DNA of 64,000 nt from Alphaproteobacteria bacterium (GCA_015062345.1 SUUV01000004.1:8298-72297), one strand, 5' to 3'; shown: positions 19,258-30,122, numbered from the stretch's first letter. Program-made: numbers and translations. The notes: generated by a model not told the origin, from the letters alone.

Positions 19258-20589
19258 ATGAATTTTTTGCAAACTCAATATGCTGTTTTAATTGTTTACG
19301 GTGTCGCATTCTGTTTGTTGATAACGGCAATTTTTTTATATTTTAAATATCGCAAAACCAAAGACCAAATCATTGCCTCTAAAGTTTTGTTTGATGAAAA
19401 ATCATCTCTAATCAAATCGTTGCAAGATAAAGTTGAAGTTTTGAACGAAGAAAATTCAGAGCTTATGGCACAAAATATTCGTATGCAGTCGGATATTGAT
19501 AATCAGAAAAAATATTTAGAAGAAAAAATTTTGTTTTTGGAACAAAACAAAGAAGAATTGTCTTTGCGGTTTAAGGATATATCAAATCAGATTATAAAAG
19601 CGCAAAATGAACAATTCGGTATTGAACAGAAAAATACATTTTCTTTGCTGTTAAAACCGTTTCAGGAACAAATGGCAGAATTTAAGCAAAAAGTTGAGCA
19701 GACGCATGAAGAAAATGTTAAGAACAATGTTTTGTTTGATAAACAGATTAAAGATTTGTTGGATTTGAACAAATCTTTAAGTGATGATGCAAGAGATTTG
19801 AGTAATGCGTTGAAAGGAAATAAAAAAATACAGGGAAACTGGGGTGAGTTTCAACTTGAAAGAGTGCTTGAAATTTCAGGATTGCAAAGAAATATTAACT
19901 ATGTGACGCAAGAAACTTTTCGAAATGAAGACAATCAGATGTTGCGTCCTGATGTTATTGTGATGCTTCCTAATGACAGAAAAGTGATTGTTGATTCTAA
20001 GGTGTCGTTAAATGATTATGTTGCGTTTGTAAATTCCGAAGATGAAAATATGCGTAAAGATTGTTTAAAAAAACACATTCAGTGCATTAAAAACCACATA
20101 GATGAGCTTTCATCGAAAGAATATCAAAAACTGCTAAAAGATTCTATGCTTGATTATGTGGTGATATTTATTCCGGTTGAAAGTGCATATGTTGAGGCTG
20201 TAAGAGAAGATACATCTCTATACGATTATGCATATAAGAAAAACATTATTATTACGACGCCGTCATCGTTGTTGCCTATATTACGAACAATTGAAAATTT
20301 GTGGCAGATAGAAAACCGCAACAAGAATGTGGCAAAAATTGCTGAGCTTGGCGGGGCTTTGTATGATAAAATATCAAATTTTGTTGAGGATATGAAACGC
20401 ATTGATAATGCTATCGGTACAAGCCGAAAATATTATGATGAAGCAATTAAAAAACTTTCAACCGGAAAGGGAAATGCACTGTCATTAGCCGGACAGTTAA
20501 GAGACAGAGGAGCAAAAGTCAGTAAAACATTGTCGGTTGAATATGAAGACAATAATAACTTGTTGACAGATGAGGTGGCAAATGGCTAA
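19258..20589 (+). CDS. rmuC: DNA recombination protein RmuC
   Basis: TM anchor, coiled coil, QGNWGE, RPDVIV.LP, IVDSKVSL, FIPVESAY. Confidence 0.92.
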   Translation: MNFLQTQYAVLIVYGVAFCLLITAIFLYFKYRKTKDQIIASKVLFDEKSSLIKSLQDKVEVLNEENSELMAQNIRMQSDIDNQKKYLEEKILFLEQNKEELSLRFKDISNQIIKAQNEQFGIEQKNTFSLLLKPFQEQMAEFKQKVEQTHEENVKNNVLFDKQIKDLLDLNKSLSDDARDLSNALKGNKKIQGNWGEFQLERVLEISGLQRNINYVTQETFRNEDNQMLRPDVIVMLPNDRKVIVDSKVSLNDYVAFVNSEDENMRKDCLKKHIQCIKNHIDELSSKEYQKLLKDSMLDYVVIFIPVESAYVEAVREDTSLYDYAYKKNIIITTPSSLLPILRTIENLWQIENRNKNVAKIAELGGALYDKISNFVEDMKRIDNAIGTSRKYYDEAIKKLSTGKGNALSLAGQLRDRGAKVSKTLSVEYEDNNNLLTDEVANG

Positions 20590-21658
20590 AAAAATTATAT
20601 TCACGGGTGGCGGAAGTGCAGGGCATGTTACATTAAATTTGGCCTTAATACCCATATTTTTGCAACAAGGCTGGAATGTGACATATATCGGTTCGTATAA
20701 CGGAATTGAAAAAGAGTTGGTGGCCAAATTTGAAAATGTAAAATATATTCCGATTTTAACCGGAAAATTGCGTCGTTATTTTTCTTGGCAAAATTTTATC
20801 GATATGATAAAAATTCCGCTTGGGGTTTTAGAGGCAATTTGGATTGTGTTTAAGCAAAAACCGGATATTGTTTTTTCAAAAGGCGGATTTGTGTCATTTC
20901 CGGTGGTTTTAGCCGCAAAGGTAAATGGTGTTAAGTGCGTAATGCACGAATCAGATGTCACTCCGGGGCTTGCAAATAAAATGTCATTACCGTTTGTATC
21001 AAAGTTCTTTACCACTTTTGAAGATACCGTAAAATATGTCAAAGACAAATCAAAAGTAGATTGCGTGGGGCCGGTGTTGTCCGACAGATTAAAAAACGGT
21101 ACCAAAAAATCAGCTTGCCAAGTGTGTGATTTTGATGAAGGCAAACCGGTTATAATGGTAATCGGCGGTAGCTTGGGTGCTAAAAGCATAAATGATGCCA
21201 TAAGAAAAAATTTATTTAAGCTTTTGAAAAAATATCAAGTCATACACATTTGCGGTAAAGGTCAAGTTGATGAAAGCATTGATAAAAAAGGTTACAAACA
21301 GTTTGATTATGTTTCAGACGAGTTAAAAGATTTTATGGCGGCCGCAGATGTTGTGATATCAAGAGCCGGCTCAAATTCTATTTTTGAACTGTTAAGTTTA
21401 AACAAACCGATGGTTTTGATACCCTTATCCGGTGCATCAAGTCGAGGTGAACAAATGCTTAATGCAAAGTCGTTTCAAAACAGAGGCTATTGTGAGATTG
21501 TTGCCGATGATAAATTGTGTGAAGACGGCTTGTTGCTTGATACACTGGATAAGGTTTACAAAAATAGAGAAATTTACATTGAAAATATGAAAAACAGCGG
21601 ATTTAAGGCTACAAATAATTATGAATTGGTTGAGAAAATAATAAAAACAGATAAATAA
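20582..21658 (+). CDS. murG: MurG glycosyltransferase (Firmicutes-like sequence type)
   Basis: FTGGGSAGHV, TGKLRRY, SKGGFVSFP, HESDVTPGLAN, GGSLGA, SRAGSNS, RGEQMLNA. Confidence 0.88.
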   Translation: MAKKIIFTGGGSAGHVTLNLALIPIFLQQGWNVTYIGSYNGIEKELVAKFENVKYIPILTGKLRRYFSWQNFIDMIKIPLGVLEAIWIVFKQKPDIVFSKGGFVSFPVVLAAKVNGVKCVMHESDVTPGLANKMSLPFVSKFFTTFEDTVKYVKDKSKVDCVGPVLSDRLKNGTKKSACQVCDFDEGKPVIMVIGGSLGAKSINDAIRKNLFKLLKKYQVIHICGKGQVDESIDKKGYKQFDYVSDELKDFMAAADVVISRAGSNSIFELLSLNKPMVLIPLSGASSRGEQMLNAKSFQNRGYCEIVADDKLCEDGLLLDTLDKVYKNREIYIENMKNSGFKATNNYELVEKIIKTDK

Positions 21659-21669
21659 GGAGAACGGAT

Positions 21670-22743
21670 ATGAAAGTGCTTGTCGGTTTAAGCGGAGGAG
21701 TTGATTCGGCGGCGGTTGCCTACATTTTAAAACGAAGCGGCCATGAGGTGATAGGCGCTACGATGAAAGTTTGGGACGATAATACTGATTTTGGCAACAG
21801 TTTAAAGGCAAAAGGTTGTTTTAGTGCACATCAGGAAGAAGATATTGCTTCTGCTCGCAAAATTGCTCAGGCACTTGATATAAAATATTATGTTTTTGAT
21901 TGCAGTCAAGAATATAAAAAAATTGTGTTATCAAATTTTAAGGCTGAATATTTGGCCGGCAGAACACCAAATCCGTGTGTTATATGCAATACGAGTATAA
22001 AGTTTGATGCTTTACCAAAAACCGCCAAAGCTCAAGGTTTGGAGTTTGATAAGTTTGCAACCGGACATTATGCCAGAGTGGGATATGATATAATGTCAAA
22101 AAGGTTTCATCTTTACCGAGGATTGGAGAAAAAACGAGATCAATCATACTTTTTATATCGTTTGACACAAGAACAACTAAAAGATGTTATCATGCCATTG
22201 GGACGATATACAAAAGAAGAAACCCGAACATTTGCCAAGATGGCCGGACTTGAGGTGGCAAACAAAAAAGACAGTCAGGATTTTTATTCGGGTAATATCA
22301 ATGATATATTAAAACAAGATGCTAAAATCGGCAATTTTGTAACCACAGACGGCAAAGTTTTAGGTCATCACGAAGGCATATGGCATTATACGGTCGGTCA
22401 GCGCAAAGGAATGGGAATTGCGGCCGAAAGACCTTTGTATGTCATTGATATCAGGCCTCAAACCAATGAAGTTGTGGTCGGCTTTGAAGAAGAAGCGGGC
22501 TGTAACGGGGTAATTGCCGACGGTTTAAACTGGGTAAGCATACCGCAAATTGATAGACAAATGAATATCAAAGCAAAGGTAAGGTCGGCACAAGAGCCGT
22601 TTAAGGTTTGTGTTAAACCGCTTGCAAACGGACAATATCAGGTAGACTTTTTGGAAGCGCAAAGAGGTGTCGCAACAGGACAATCGGTTGTGTTTTATGC
22701 AAAAGATATGGTCTTGGGCGGTGGATTTATTGTAAAATCGTAA
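21670..22743 (+). CDS. mnmA: tRNA 2-thiouridylase MnmA
   Basis: SGGVDS, GRTPNPCVICN, ATGHYA, DQSYFL, SQDFY, YTVGQRKG, GQSVVFY. Confidence 0.93.
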   Translation: MKVLVGLSGGVDSAAVAYILKRSGHEVIGATMKVWDDNTDFGNSLKAKGCFSAHQEEDIASARKIAQALDIKYYVFDCSQEYKKIVLSNFKAEYLAGRTPNPCVICNTSIKFDALPKTAKAQGLEFDKFATGHYARVGYDIMSKRFHLYRGLEKKRDQSYFLYRLTQEQLKDVIMPLGRYTKEETRTFAKMAGLEVANKKDSQDFYSGNINDILKQDAKIGNFVTTDGKVLGHHEGIWHYTVGQRKGMGIAAERPLYVIDIRPQTNEVVVGFEEEAGCNGVIADGLNWVSIPQIDRQMNIKAKVRSAQEPFKVCVKPLANGQYQVDFLEAQRGVATGQSVVFYAKDMVLGGGFIVKS

Positions 22744-22754
22744 AGGAGATAAAT

Positions 22755-23582
22755 ATGGCAAAAAAACTTATTCCGATGGCAATATGTTATGATTTTGACG
22801 GTACACTATCACCGGGAAATATGCAAGAATATGGCTTTATCAAAGAACTGGGAGTTACACCGGAAGAATTTTGGGACAGGTCGAACACTTTGGCAAAAGA
22901 GAAAAAAGCCGATGACATTTTGGCCTATATGAAAGTTACCATTGATGAGTCAAAAAAACGAAATTTGCCGATAAGACGAGAAGACTTTTTAAAATACGGT
23001 AGAGACATCAAACTGTATAAAGGGGTTGAAGAATGGTTTGATCGCATAAATAAATATGCTCGTTCAAAAGGGGTTAAAATGGAGCACTATATTTTATCTT
23101 CCGGCTTAAAAGAAATGCTTGAAGGCTCTCCGATTGCAAACAAATTTACCGAAATTTTCGCCTCATCATTTTTATATGATGAAAATGGGGCGGCGGTCTG
23201 GCCGGCAATTGTGTTAAATTATACCTCAAAAACGCAATATATGTTTCGTATCAATAAGGGGTGTTTAGATGTAACCGATACCGAAGGTGTAAACAGACAT
23301 ATTGACCGAGCGTGTCGCCCGATGCCGTTTGAAAATATGATATATATCGGGGATGGCAGCACCGATATTCCGTGTATGGCAATGCTCAATAAGGCAGGAG
23401 GTCATACATTGGCAGTGTATAAAAACGGCAAAAAAGAACGGGCTTCCGCCTTAAACCGAGACGGCAGGGCTCATATGGTTGCACCGGCTGATTATTCTGA
23501 AGGCAAGGGTATTGATAAGTTTGTAAAAGCCGTCATTGATAAGGTGGTAAGCGATAATGCGTTAAAATCGATTAAACCCTAA
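22755..23582 (+). CDS. HAD superfamily hydrolase
   Basis: DFDGT motif I, SSG motif II, YIGDG.TD motif IV. Confidence 0.85.
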   Translation: MAKKLIPMAICYDFDGTLSPGNMQEYGFIKELGVTPEEFWDRSNTLAKEKKADDILAYMKVTIDESKKRNLPIRREDFLKYGRDIKLYKGVEEWFDRINKYARSKGVKMEHYILSSGLKEMLEGSPIANKFTEIFASSFLYDENGAAVWPAIVLNYTSKTQYMFRINKGCLDVTDTEGVNRHIDRACRPMPFENMIYIGDGSTDIPCMAMLNKAGGHTLAVYKNGKKERASALNRDGRAHMVAPADYSEGKGIDKFVKAVIDKVVSDNALKSIKP

Positions 23583-23672
23583 ACTGTGGAATAGGTGAAA
23601 AAAGTTGTTTATTAAAACAGGCTTTTGACCTATAACATATTGTTATGAACTAATAAAAAAAACAGGTGATAA

Positions 23673-24227
23673 ATGATAAAAAAAATAATCTGTGCTTTGG
23701 CTTTTGTGTTGTGCGCTTTTGTTGCAAATGCAAGCGAAACCGATGGTATGAACTGGAAAGAAAAAATTAAATATAACTTTTCGCAAACTTGGGCTTCCGA
23801 CACATATGACTTGTATGTTCCATTATATGCTTGGCATAACCGCCTGACATATGATGATGAACATATTGATAAATATAATGAAAATCCGTGGGGTGGCGGA
23901 CTTGGTGTTTCTCGTTACGATTCCGATGGCGACTGGCATGCTTTGTATGCAATGGCCTTTATAGATTCTAACGATTATGTTGAAACTATGTTCGGATACG
24001 CATTTTTGAAAAATTGGTACTTAAATAAGGCAAAAGATTTTAGGATTGGAGTCGGCTTTACGGCGGGGCTTACTCAAAGGCATGAATATTCGTATATTCC
24101 GGTGCCGTTGCCGTTGCCGATGTTTGGTATCGGATATAAAAGGTTTGATTTGCAGGCTGCATATGTTCCGGGAGTGGAAAACGACGGAAATGTGTTGTTT
24201 GTATGGTCAAGATTTAAGTTAAACTGA
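23673..24227 (+). CDS. pagP: Lipid A palmitoyltransferase PagP
   Basis: YDLYVP..AWHNR..YD, YNENPWGGGLG, LYAMAF.DS (catalytic His/Asp/Ser equivalents), PLPLP, YVPG..NDGNVLF. Confidence 0.88.
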   Translation: MIKKIICALAFVLCAFVANASETDGMNWKEKIKYNFSQTWASDTYDLYVPLYAWHNRLTYDDEHIDKYNENPWGGGLGVSRYDSDGDWHALYAMAFIDSNDYVETMFGYAFLKNWYLNKAKDFRIGVGFTAGLTQRHEYSYIPVPLPLPMFGIGYKRFDLQAAYVPGVENDGNVLFVWSRFKLN

Positions 24228-24241
24228 TAAAGGAGATTAAA

Positions 24242-25087
24242 ATGGAGCAAAGAAAAGTTAAAATAGGCAACTTTGAAATCGGTAATAAGTTACCCCTTTC
24301 ACTTGTTTGCGGACCTTGTCAAATTGAGAGCCGTGAACATGCCGTTATGATTGCTTCCGAGATGGTAAAAATTACGCAAAAACTTGGTATTAACTATGTT
24401 TTTAAGGCATCTTTCGATAAGGCTAACAGAACATCAATCAACGGTGCCAGAGGTGTCGGAATTGAAGAAGGTATGAGAACATTTGAAGAAATTAAAAAAC
24501 TCTATCCTGATTTGCCGATTGTTACCGATGTGCATGAAGCATCACAGTGTAATGAAGTTGCAAAATATGTTGATGTGTTGCAAATTCCGGCCTTTTTATG
24601 TCGCCAGACAGATTTGGTTGTGGCCGCAGCTAAAACCGGAAAAGTTGTAAACATTAAAAAAGGTCAGTTTTTGGCTCCTTGGGATGTTAGAAACTTGGTG
24701 CAAAAATCAGTTGATTCCGGAAATGAAAAGGTTTGTATCACCGAAAGAGGAACAAGCTTCGGGTATAACACCTTGGTTGTTGATATGAGAGGCTTTCCGC
24801 AAATGGCAAAAGACACAGGTTGTCCGGTGATTTTTGATGCGACCCATTCGGTGCAACAACCGGGAGGTAAGGGAAGTTCAACCGGCGGTCAAAGAGAATT
24901 TGCTCCCGTGTTGGCAAGAGCTGCGGTGGCTGTTGGTGTTGCGGCAGTGTTTATCGAGACTCATGATAATCCGGATAAAGCCTTGTCCGATGGCCCGAAT
25001 ACCATTCCATTGGCAGATATGGAAAAAGTTTTAACCGAGCTTATGGCTTATGATAAAATTACAAAATCTATGATAAATGACTACTAA
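24242..25087 (+). CDS. kdsA: KDO8P synthase
   Basis: GPCQIES, KASFDKANRTS, LQIPAFLCRQTD, NIKKGQF, FDATHSVQQPGG. Confidence 0.96.
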   Translation: MEQRKVKIGNFEIGNKLPLSLVCGPCQIESREHAVMIASEMVKITQKLGINYVFKASFDKANRTSINGARGVGIEEGMRTFEEIKKLYPDLPIVTDVHEASQCNEVAKYVDVLQIPAFLCRQTDLVVAAAKTGKVVNIKKGQFLAPWDVRNLVQKSVDSGNEKVCITERGTSFGYNTLVVDMRGFPQMAKDTGCPVIFDATHSVQQPGGKGSSTGGQREFAPVLARAAVAVGVAAVFIETHDNPDKALSDGPNTIPLADMEKVLTELMAYDKITKSMINDY

Positions 25088-25094
25088 GCAAAAT

Positions 25095-25129
25095 AAAAAA
25101 GGCTCTTGAACAAAATCAGGAGCCTTTTT
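25095..25129. terminator. Bidirectional intrinsic terminator
   Basis: AAAAAAGGCTC...GAGCCTTTTTT between kdsA and paralog 2. Confidence 0.75.
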
Positions 25130-25140
25130 TATGATTCAAG

Positions 25141-25581
25141 CTAATCTAACTCAATAACTGTAAATGAACCTGTATATACACCAACCGGAACATTAGCAGG
25201 AATATTTAATGTGCCACCAATTGCAAAACCACCAGTGGATTCATCAGAAAGGCTTATAGATAGTGTGTTTTCACCATTTTTAATTGTAACAGTTTCTGGA
25301 AAATGCATACTATTTAGGTCATCAAAAGTGGCTAATGTAGCATTGTCTACACTTAAGACATCACCTGTGTGAGATACAACACTGTTTTTTGATATAGTTA
25401 CAGTTGAATCTTTATTGTTTGATTTTATGGCAATTACACCAAAATCTAAATCAGAATATTTTTCAAAAGTATTAGCGGTTACAAGTTCAGCTTTAGCGGT
25501 AACCTCTGCATATCTTGTAGCAGCATTTGCGGTGCTTGTTGCTAAAAGAGCCACAGCGCTCAAAAGAAAATATTTTCTCAT
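25141..25581 (-). CDS. Secreted pilin-like protein (DUF4402/Csu-like), paralog 2
   Basis: MRKYFLLSAVALLATSTANA signal; DLDFGVI; IGGTLNIPAN.PVGVYTGSFTV. Confidence 0.75.
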   Translation of the reverse strand: MRKYFLLSAVALLATSTANAATRYAEVTAKAELVTANTFEKYSDLDFGVIAIKSNNKDSTVTISKNSVVSHTGDVLSVDNATLATFDDLNSMHFPETVTIKNGENTLSISLSDESTGGFAIGGTLNIPANVPVGVYTGSFTVIELD

Positions 25582-25721
25582 AATTTTAAATCCTTTACAA
25601 AAATTCAAGTTTAAATGTACTTGAAAGGTAAAAACTCACCTTTCACATCACATCATAAACCGTTTTTTTTTTTTGCAAGTAAAAAGAGTCTTTGCGTGGA
25701 TTTAAATCAAAAATGAGGTAG
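25564..25721 (-). promoter_or_regulatory. Conserved upstream module, copy 2 (poly-A12; T12 at 25663..25674)
   Basis: Reverse-complement match to 631..788. Confidence 0.9.
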
Positions 25722-25800
25722 AAGTGTCTCTATCCTCCACAGTTATACCGGTGCCCGAAGGGCTTTAGCCCTTAAGGATTAGACACCGATATCCATGCAA
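25722..25800 (-). repeat. Partial REP-like element homologous to ~564..630
   Basis: Minus strand ggatatcggtgtctaatcc...ttcgggcaccggta...agagacac matches ggataccggtgtctattcc...ttcgggcaccggta...agagacac. Confidence 0.75.
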
Positions 25801-25893
25801 TGCATAATTGCATTTGCTGTAATATCTGTAGCAATTAGAGCGCCGATAAAGACTCTTTATACGAATTTGAAGCAATTAAAATATGCATTGTTT

Positions 25894-26967
25894 TTATACC
25901 CTGTCAAAATTTATTCTCGGATCAACCAACGAATAGGTTATATCGCTAACAAGTTTTAGTACCAAGCCTAAAAGTGCAAAGATATAAAGAGTGCCGAATA
26001 TCACCGGATAATCACGCGTCATAATGGCTTCATATCCCAACAAACCCAGCCCGTTTAACGAAAATACAACTTCAATCAGAAGTGAGCCCGTAAACAACAT
26101 TTTTATCAACAAAGAGGGAAATCCGGCAATGATAATCAACATTGCATTTCTAAAAACATGCTTGTACAAAATTTGTTTTTCGCTCAAGCCTTTTGACCTC
26201 GCTGTTAAAACATATTGTTTGCTGATTTCATCAAGAAAAGAGTTTTTTGTAAGCATGGTAAGGGTGGCAAATCCACCGATTACAATGGACAATACAGGCA
26301 AAGCAATGTGATGAAAATAATCAAATATTTTTTGCAAAAGGCTTAAATCTTCAAAATTATCTGATGTCAAGCCTCTTAGCGGAAACCATTGAAAATATGT
26401 TCCGCCGGCAAAAAACACAATCAAAAACACCGCAAACAAAAACACCGGTACAGCAGAACCAAAGATAACCGCAAAAGATGTCATTATATCAAATTTTGAA
26501 CCGTCGTATAGGGCTTTTTTAATCCCCAGAGGAATTGAAATTAAATATATAATTAAGGTTGACCACAAGCCTAACGATATCGAAACCGGCATTCTTTCCA
26601 CAATGAGCTCACCTACGGTTTTATCTTTATAATAGCTTTTACCGAAATCAAACTTGGCATAATCGGTTATCATCTTATAAAACCTTTCATACCAAGGCTT
26701 ATCAAAGCCAAATTGTTTTTTTAAATCTGCAACCAAATCTTCCGGCACACCCTGTGCACCACGATATTGTGTTTGCGCAGAAGTATTTTTCACATTTGCG
26801 GTTGCCGTAAACTGAGCCTTAGAATCAACATTCATACCCTGATATTTTGCCAACATATATTCCACCGGACCGCCGGGAGCAAGCTGAACGATACAAAAAT
26901 TGATGGCCAAAATACCCAACAATGTCAGAGGAATTAAAAACAATCTCTTAATGATATAATTTCTCAA
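25894..26967 (-). CDS. yejB: Microcin C / peptide ABC transporter permease YejB
   Basis: [46 protein letters not shown]. Confidence 0.88.
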   Translation of the reverse strand: MRNYIIKRLFLIPLTLLGILAINFCIVQLAPGGPVEYMLAKYQGMNVDSKAQFTATANVKNTSAQTQYRGAQGVPEDLVADLKKQFGFDKPWYERFYKMITDYAKFDFGKSYYKDKTVGELIVERMPVSISLGLWSTLIIYLISIPLGIKKALYDGSKFDIMTSFAVIFGSAVPVFLFAVFLIVFFAGGTYFQWFPLRGLTSDNFEDLSLLQKIFDYFHHIALPVLSIVIGGFATLTMLTKNSFLDEISKQYVLTARSKGLSEKQILYKHVFRNAMLIIIAGFPSLLIKMLFTGSLLIEVVFSLNGLGLLGYEAIMTRDYPVIFGTLYIFALLGLVLKLVSDITYSLVDPRINFDRV

Positions 26968-28766
26968 TTTTTAACCTCCAAACTTTTGTCCCACCACAAA
27001 AACGGTTGATATCCGATTTTTAACTTTGTATCAGGTAACCCGAATTTGTTGCGATAGCCCACTCTGTTTACTCCCGAATACCATTGAAAAATCAAATAAT
27101 ATTGGCTTAACAACACTCTGTCCAAAGCCTTAACATATGCTTCATATTCGACTTTTGTTTGTGCAGATACCACTTTTTCAATGAGCTTATCAACCACCTC
27201 GTTTTTAATGCCCATAATATTGTAGCTTCCTTTTACATCAGCCGAATTTGAACCGAACATTTCTTTAAGCTCGTTTCCGGGCATTTGACTCATACGATAC
27301 GACATTATGGCTACATCAAAATCAAAATTATCCATTCGATTTTTAAATATATTCACCTCAATTGTTCTAAAACTTGCTTCAATGCCGATTTTTTTCAAAT
27401 TGGCAATAAACGGCAACATAACTCTTGTAAATGTGGCTCCGTTAGCCGAATTGCTCAAAATTTCAAATTTTAGGGGCTCGCCGGTTTTAAGGTTGGTCAT
27501 TTTGCCGTCAACAAAATCAAAACCTGCCTCTTGTAACAAATTAACCGCTTGTCTCAAGTTTTCTCTTAACTTTGGTGCTGATGAATTATCGGCAAGCAAA
27601 AACTCTTGTGTAAACACACTTTCATCAAGTTGGTCTTTATACTTTGTTAAAATATCCAACTCCAATCCTTGCGGTAAACCATAAGCTTCCATACCGGAGT
27701 TTGTAAAATAGCTGTTTAAGCGCTTATATTGATTATAAAACAATTTATTATTCGCCCATTCAAAATTAAAAGCCAAATCAATAGCACGGCGAACTCGTTT
27801 ATCCTTAAATTTATCTTTGCGCAAATTAAAAGCAAAGTGTTGCAAAACTGCCGGTTCATTGTTCTCAAATGCTTGTTTGATGACGGTTCGGTTTTTCACT
27901 TGCTCATTGTCATAACCGGTGGCCCAAATTTTGGCGATATATTCTTCCCGAACATCAATATTTCCGGCAAACAACGCCTGTAAAGTAACCGTTGTGTCTT
28001 GATAATAATCAATCCGGATTTCATCAAAATTAAAATATCCTTTTCTTGACGGCAAATTTACGGCCCAATAGTTTTTATCTCTTTCAAGTACAATATATTT
28101 CCCGGCCTCAAATTTTTTAATTTTGTACGGTCCGTTTCCGAGCGGAATGTCAAGACTGGGCTTAGAAAAATCTTTATCTTGCCAATATTTTTTTGAAAAT
28201 ATTTTAAGTTGAGATAAAATCAGTGGCAATTCTTTGTTGTTTGAGCCTTGCTTAAAATAGAATCTGACATGTGTATCACTAAGTTTTTCAACCCTTTCTA
28301 CATCAGAATAATAAACCTTATAAATCGGAGCTCCTTGTTGGGTTAGGGCATTAAAACTGTATATAACATCATCAGCCACAATTTTTGAGCCATCGGCAAA
28401 CTTGGCTCGTTCGTCTAAAATAAAACCGACATAATCTTTTTCATATTCAAATTCTTTGGCAATGAGAGGATATACGGTTGCAATGTCGTCTGCGGGTGAA
28501 AAACCCAAACTGTCCCATATCAGTCCGGCAACTGTTCCTGATGCTGAGCCTTTGAAAATAAACGGATTAAAGTTGTCAAATCCGCCATATTCGGGCATAA
28601 CAATTTTTCCGCCTTTAGGTGCGTCCGGATTTACATATTCAAAGTGTGAAAAAGTATCGCTATATTTTGGCGCATTGTACAAAGATATATTTTTTTGTGC
28701 CGCATTTACGGCAAACGCAAAAAAATATACCAATAACATTATACTATTTTTTATAATTTTCTTCAT
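26964..28766 (-). CDS. yejA: Peptide ABC transporter substrate-binding protein YejA
   Basis: PKY...[50 protein letters not shown]. Confidence 0.85.
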   Translation of the reverse strand: MKKIIKNSIMLLVYFFAFAVNAAQKNISLYNAPKYSDTFSHFEYVNPDAPKGGKIVMPEYGGFDNFNPFIFKGSASGTVAGLIWDSLGFSPADDIATVYPLIAKEFEYEKDYVGFILDERAKFADGSKIVADDVIYSFNALTQQGAPIYKVYYSDVERVEKLSDTHVRFYFKQGSNNKELPLILSQLKIFSKKYWQDKDFSKPSLDIPLGNGPYKIKKFEAGKYIVLERDKNYWAVNLPSRKGYFNFDEIRIDYYQDTTVTLQALFAGNIDVREEYIAKIWATGYDNEQVKNRTVIKQAFENNEPAVLQHFAFNLRKDKFKDKRVRRAIDLAFNFEWANNKLFYNQYKRLNSYFTNSGMEAYGLPQGLELDILTKYKDQLDESVFTQEFLLADNSSAPKLRENLRQAVNLLQEAGFDFVDGKMTNLKTGEPLKFEILSNSANGATFTRVMLPFIANLKKIGIEASFRTIEVNIFKNRMDNFDFDVAIMSYRMSQMPGNELKEMFGSNSADVKGSYNIMGIKNEVVDKLIEKVVSAQTKVEYEAYVKALDRVLLSQYYLIFQWYSGVNRVGYRNKFGLPDTKLKIGYQPFLWWDKSLEVKN

Positions 28767-29964
28767 TTACCCAACCGCCGAACGGATATGCAAAATTATT
28801 GTCTGAAACAGTCGTATCTTTAGTGCTTTCGTTGTCTTTGATGTCTGTTGTTGCATCAAGCTCAATATACGGCTCAAATTTTTCTTCTGTTATATTCATA
28901 TTTAATCTTGGTGTTAAAGCATTTTCTTTTTCAGGCTCAACAGGTATATCAAAGCGCGGGAAATCTTCTTTTTTATCATCTAAATCTGCATTAAACTTGA
29001 AATCTTGATGTTTTTCTTCCGGTGAGTTCATGCTCTTTTCCAAAGCCATAAAAAAGGCTTCATCGCTTGTTTTATTGTCATCAAAAGAAACATCATCTAT
29101 TTTAGCTTTTTTAAACGGATTTATTTTGCGCCAGAACGAAGTTTGTTCATGAATTTGAACAGGTTCTTGCATTTGTAATATACGAGGCGAAATTTCAACT
29201 TCTTCTTCTGCTACAGAATCGAGCTCAACTTCGGGCTCAACCGAAAAATTTGTGGCATCGGCAACGGGTGCCAATATGGAATATACCTTACCCATAACAC
29301 CGGTTTCCAAAATGGTAATAAACACTCGGTCTCTATCGTGTTTTTCCAGCAGTGCGGTCAAATTTTGATAGCGATAACAAAATTCTAATAAAGTACCCTT
29401 AAACACTTCGTCTTTTTGTGATTTTTGAGCCAAATAGGAGGCAAAATCATCATAACTTTTAGATGTTTCAACCAGTGTCTTTGCAATAGCCCATCGTTCA
29501 CCGTTTTTAACCTTTGCCCAAAGTTGCTCCATTTGCATTGATGAAGCTGCATTGCATCTTTGAACTATGTCAGCTAAAATTTCGTTCATATCGGCGACAA
29601 ATACATCAAATTTATTAACTACAAAACCGTCTTTGATTTCGTGTTCGGCATCAAGCATAACTCTGACTACCAAATCGGTATAATCTTGATTTTTTTTCAT
29701 TTGATTGAACAACTGAAGCAATTTTTTTTCGGTCTGTGTGCTTGATTTATAAGTGCTAATTAAACCGAAAATCTGCCATAAAGCCCAAACGGGAGCAACA
29801 ATTAATCCGATATAAAGAGCAACATCGGTTACCGGCAACGAGCTTAAATCGTTTCCGGCCAAATTGGCAACAACATACAAAGATATGTATACTACCCATG
29901 TTACAGATGAAAAAACTGATATAAAAAACAAAACCGCTAACAATGTTCTACTCCGATTAATCAA
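28744..29964 (-). CDS. Hypothetical membrane-anchored protein with acidic C-terminal tail
   Basis: Two N-terminal TM helices and a helical core. The segment DRDR...GKVYSILA loosely recalls the C-terminal domain of alphaproteobacterial TipN/RgsE-like polar proteins (low certainty). Confidence 0.6.
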   Translation of the reverse strand: MINRSRTLLAVLFFISVFSSVTWVVYISLYVVANLAGNDLSSLPVTDVALYIGLIVAPVWALWQIFGLISTYKSSTQTEKKLLQLFNQMKKNQDYTDLVVRVMLDAEHEIKDGFVVNKFDVFVADMNEILADIVQRCNAASSMQMEQLWAKVKNGERWAIAKTLVETSKSYDDFASYLAQKSQKDEVFKGTLLEFCYRYQNLTALLEKHDRDRVFITILETGVMGKVYSILAPVADATNFSVEPEVELDSVAEEEVEISPRILQMQEPVQIHEQTSFWRKINPFKKAKIDDVSFDDNKTSDEAFFMALEKSMNSPEEKHQDFKFNADLDDKKEDFPRFDIPVEPEKENALTPRLNMNITEEKFEPYIELDATTDIKDNESTKDTTVSDNNFAYPFGGWVNEENYKK

Positions 29965-30122
29965 TCAAAAAATTTCTTTCATAATATTTAAGTTTACACT
30001 CGTTTTCAACGAAAATAATCATATCTTTGACAAGAAAAATTAACAGGCACTAAAAATTATTGATGAAAAATGTAAAAAAAAATGATAAGAAAGGCTAAAG
30101 TTTAATTTTTAACGAGGAAAAA

